A program made the position numbers and the translations under genes. From contig AP026164.1 in NCBI GenBank assembly GCA_030295235.1, positions 1,860,001-1,924,000 on the forward strand: a stretch of 64,000 nt of DNA, read 5' to 3'. Below are positions 61,885 to 64,000 of this stretch, one piece after another. The stretch's first letter is position 1. Every line of letters begins with the position of its first letter. The notes under the pieces are model-generated. The model had not been told where the DNA came from. It ran no database searches and saw nothing but the letters and a program-made list of their open reading frames with translations. The stretch is from Fistulifera solaris. Its lineage: Eukaryota.

Positions 61885-62999
61885 TCACTGTTTGTATTCT
61901 CCTCTCCATCCGGGTGAAATCCAATCGATGACGCCACCTTCTCCGATAACCAAATCCAACCAGTCAGAGGCAGAGGTGCCCGTTCCAGCTTGTGCATCGT
62001 TGAGAGGATTACCGACAGGACAAGTATTGTCAATGCGTGTAAACTGATCAAAGTCCAATCCGGCTTTGGCAGCCGCCTCCCGAACAGCTGGAACGGCAGC
62101 AGAAGGTAATATAGGTTCTTTGGCGTAGACAAAGGCACCTTCGTAGTTCCCCTTGTAATGTATGACCTTTGTAAGCGACTAACTTGAAAGGAGGCACTTC
62201 TTTGCTTCCATCCGACTCTCCCAGAATATACCAGTTTTCACTAAAAGAAAGACCGTACATTTTCCCTTCCGTGTGCATGGTAGGTGCGTCTTTCGACTTT
62301 GTATCCTCAAGAACCATATGCTCGGTCAACGAGTTTTCCCAGAAACCTCCTTCCGGCCGTCGGACGCGGAAGAAAATTCCCATATCTACTTCCTTGTCAT
62401 TGACTCTCTCGAACGTGTTGGTTTGGCAATCAAACAAATCATAATTCGGGTTCAGCCCATCCGTTTTGTACCACGATCCCACCAGTGACCTAGGATCGAA
62501 CGCTTCCACTTTGTAAGGAAATCCCACCGTTTCTGCCGAGTTGTCGACATTTTTCGGCACTTTGACACACTCGTTTTCTTCGATCGTACACGACAGCCAG
62601 TCGTTCAGTGCCTCGGAACCGAATTCGGCAAAACATTGTGTGGCACAGGCCTGTTCTCCCCTTACAGCGTCCCAGGCACGTGACACCTTTGATCCCTCGG
62701 GGATTTTGAAAGAGAGCCTTCGTCTGATCGCCACATTTTTGGACGAAACAAGACACATCGGATTTATCCATTTGATTTTCCTTGGCGTACTCGGCAAAGC
62801 CGTCATAGGCAATAGATGGTGAAGATGTGACGAGAGCAAAGGCCAGTGCGACGGAAGCAGCCGTTTGTTGCCAACTATTTTTGTGTGCTTCGAGTTGTGT
62901 GCCGATGTGTCGCGTGGGTTTTGGGTTGTTCCGAGGAGCGAACGACTCCACGCAGTAATGGTGTAGGGCGATTAGACCAAACACAAGTAGCGACTTCAT
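61885..62999 (-). CDS. VDL: Violaxanthin de-epoxidase-like protein (probably VDL1 type), plastid/lumen targeted
   Basis: 'VES-FAP' signal plus a second hydrophobic AxA lumen signal. Cys-rich domain CFVQKC..CLGRCKGEQACATQCF..C....ECV; lipocalin domain GSWYKTDGLNPNYDLFDCQ..ENWYIL..YKGHTLQGNYEGAFVY. Frameshifts ~62660 and ~62150. Confidence 0.85.
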
Positions 63000-63474
63000 T
63001 CTGGATAGGAACAATGGGAGTATGAAGACTGAATGGTGGTGCTTTTGTAATGGTTTCAGTTATTGATGTTGCCGAGCACTTTGACGGGGCTATACTGGTA
63101 GACTCGTTGAAGATCGGTGCTAGGTGGAAGGATGATGGTTTGTTGCGCATGTTTCCATTCGCGTTACATTCGTGACCCAATCTCTCGCAATGGTACAGCA
63201 TACTTGAACAATGTGTACTGGTACTATAGGATGGATTGCAACTAACTTTTTGTTGCGTTGGTACGGTCGTGCGTCGTGCGTCATTCAAGTTGACGAAGGT
63301 CGGACGCCCAAACGTCACCGTGAAACGACGTTGCAAACAAATTGGACATCGACATCAACGACATCGGCGCTACCAGGGTAAAGATCCACAACGACACTTG
63401 CATCAATAACCATTCTTTTCACTATTCTGAAAGTTTGCGACTCAACCATCAGCTTACTTGTTTGCTAGATTCCG

Positions 63475-64000
63475 ATGAGAGCCTCGTCCGCACTTCTCGT
63501 GGCACTGGCAGGGACTCCGTTGGGCGCTGCCTTTGCGCCCCCGTCACCTCCACAACATCGTCTCGTTCCACATCGTCTCACTGCATGAGTCTGCGTCCCG
63601 TTTACGATGAACTATGTCAAAAAGTAGGGGCACAATTTGATCTCAAATACACTGATTTTACGAATGTTATTGGAGGACAGTCGTGGCAGTGCCCGACAGC
63701 TTCCGGAACAGCGGAATGGCTGGATGAATCGAGTCCTCGATTTTTGACGGGAGTCTCCTTTTGACACGCGAAAACGACCCCGCCGTGGGATTAGTGGAAG
63801 AATTGACGATCAATGTCTGGATGGGTCCCAGTTACGATACGCCCCACATGCTATTGACATTCGGAGAAGCCGGAGACGGGCAATATTACGTCACAGCGGA
63901 TTACGTTCCCCGCGGACCCAATGTCTTGGGCAGCGATCCGCAGTATTTGGACATGTACTACGGACCTGACGTTCAGCGGGCGTGGTCGGATGCCTACCCT
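63475..64000 (+). CDS. Plastid-targeted RCC-reductase/ferredoxin-dependent bilin reductase-like protein (partial, runs off window)
   Basis: MRASSALLVALAGTPLGAA-FAP signal. After frameshifts: 'TINVWMGPSYDTPHMLLTF..ADYVPRG..LGSDPQYLDMYY'. Confidence 0.55.

Noticed and set aside
1..64000. CRISPR arrays, rRNA, tRNA, snRNA genes
   Set aside because: No regularly spaced repeat-spacer array or recognisable RNA gene signature seen; the sequence is eukaryotic and mostly protein-coding.

Overview
Gene-dense eukaryotic DNA with short GT-AG introns. It is most consistent with a diatom (stramenopile) nuclear genome: it carries an aureochrome, a VDE-like protein, bipartite 'A-F-A-P' plastid targeting signals and a bacterial-type glucokinase. 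About 30 protein genes are recognisable, including ATR, M50 protease, HMG-box, glucokinase, LTO1, VPS2, aureochrome, bZIP, NAE1, NDUFS4, RAB1, alpha-tubulin, RPN12, TPK, NAK kinase, GLO1, BioF, GRK, fused BCKDH E1, CDC20, VDL and an RCCR-like gene. Many are broken by single-base indels, often in homopolymers, most likely assembly errors. The most unusual structures are: (1) a restriction-like-endonuclease non-LTR retrotransposon (24124-26377) whose 3' ~285 bp, poly(A) included, is repeated in inverted orientation at its 5' end, so poly(A) tails face outward at both ends; related 3'-tail sequence also appears at 15920-15981 and as a 24-bp micro-insertion with a 14-bp target-site duplication at 13385-13436; (2) an AUREO2-like photoreceptor lacking the signalling Gln, next to a LOV-less bZIP paralog that shares its N-terminal motif and intron phase; (3) a tandem duplication of the RPN12/TPK block that gave an RPN12 pseudogene and a catalytically degenerate TPK fused to repeats, with degenerate Tudor-like and helicase-associated domain sequence upstream; (4) a dispersed hairpin element with a compensatory base change. 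All calls come from motif recognition by eye; no database searches were run, and some boundaries are approximate.
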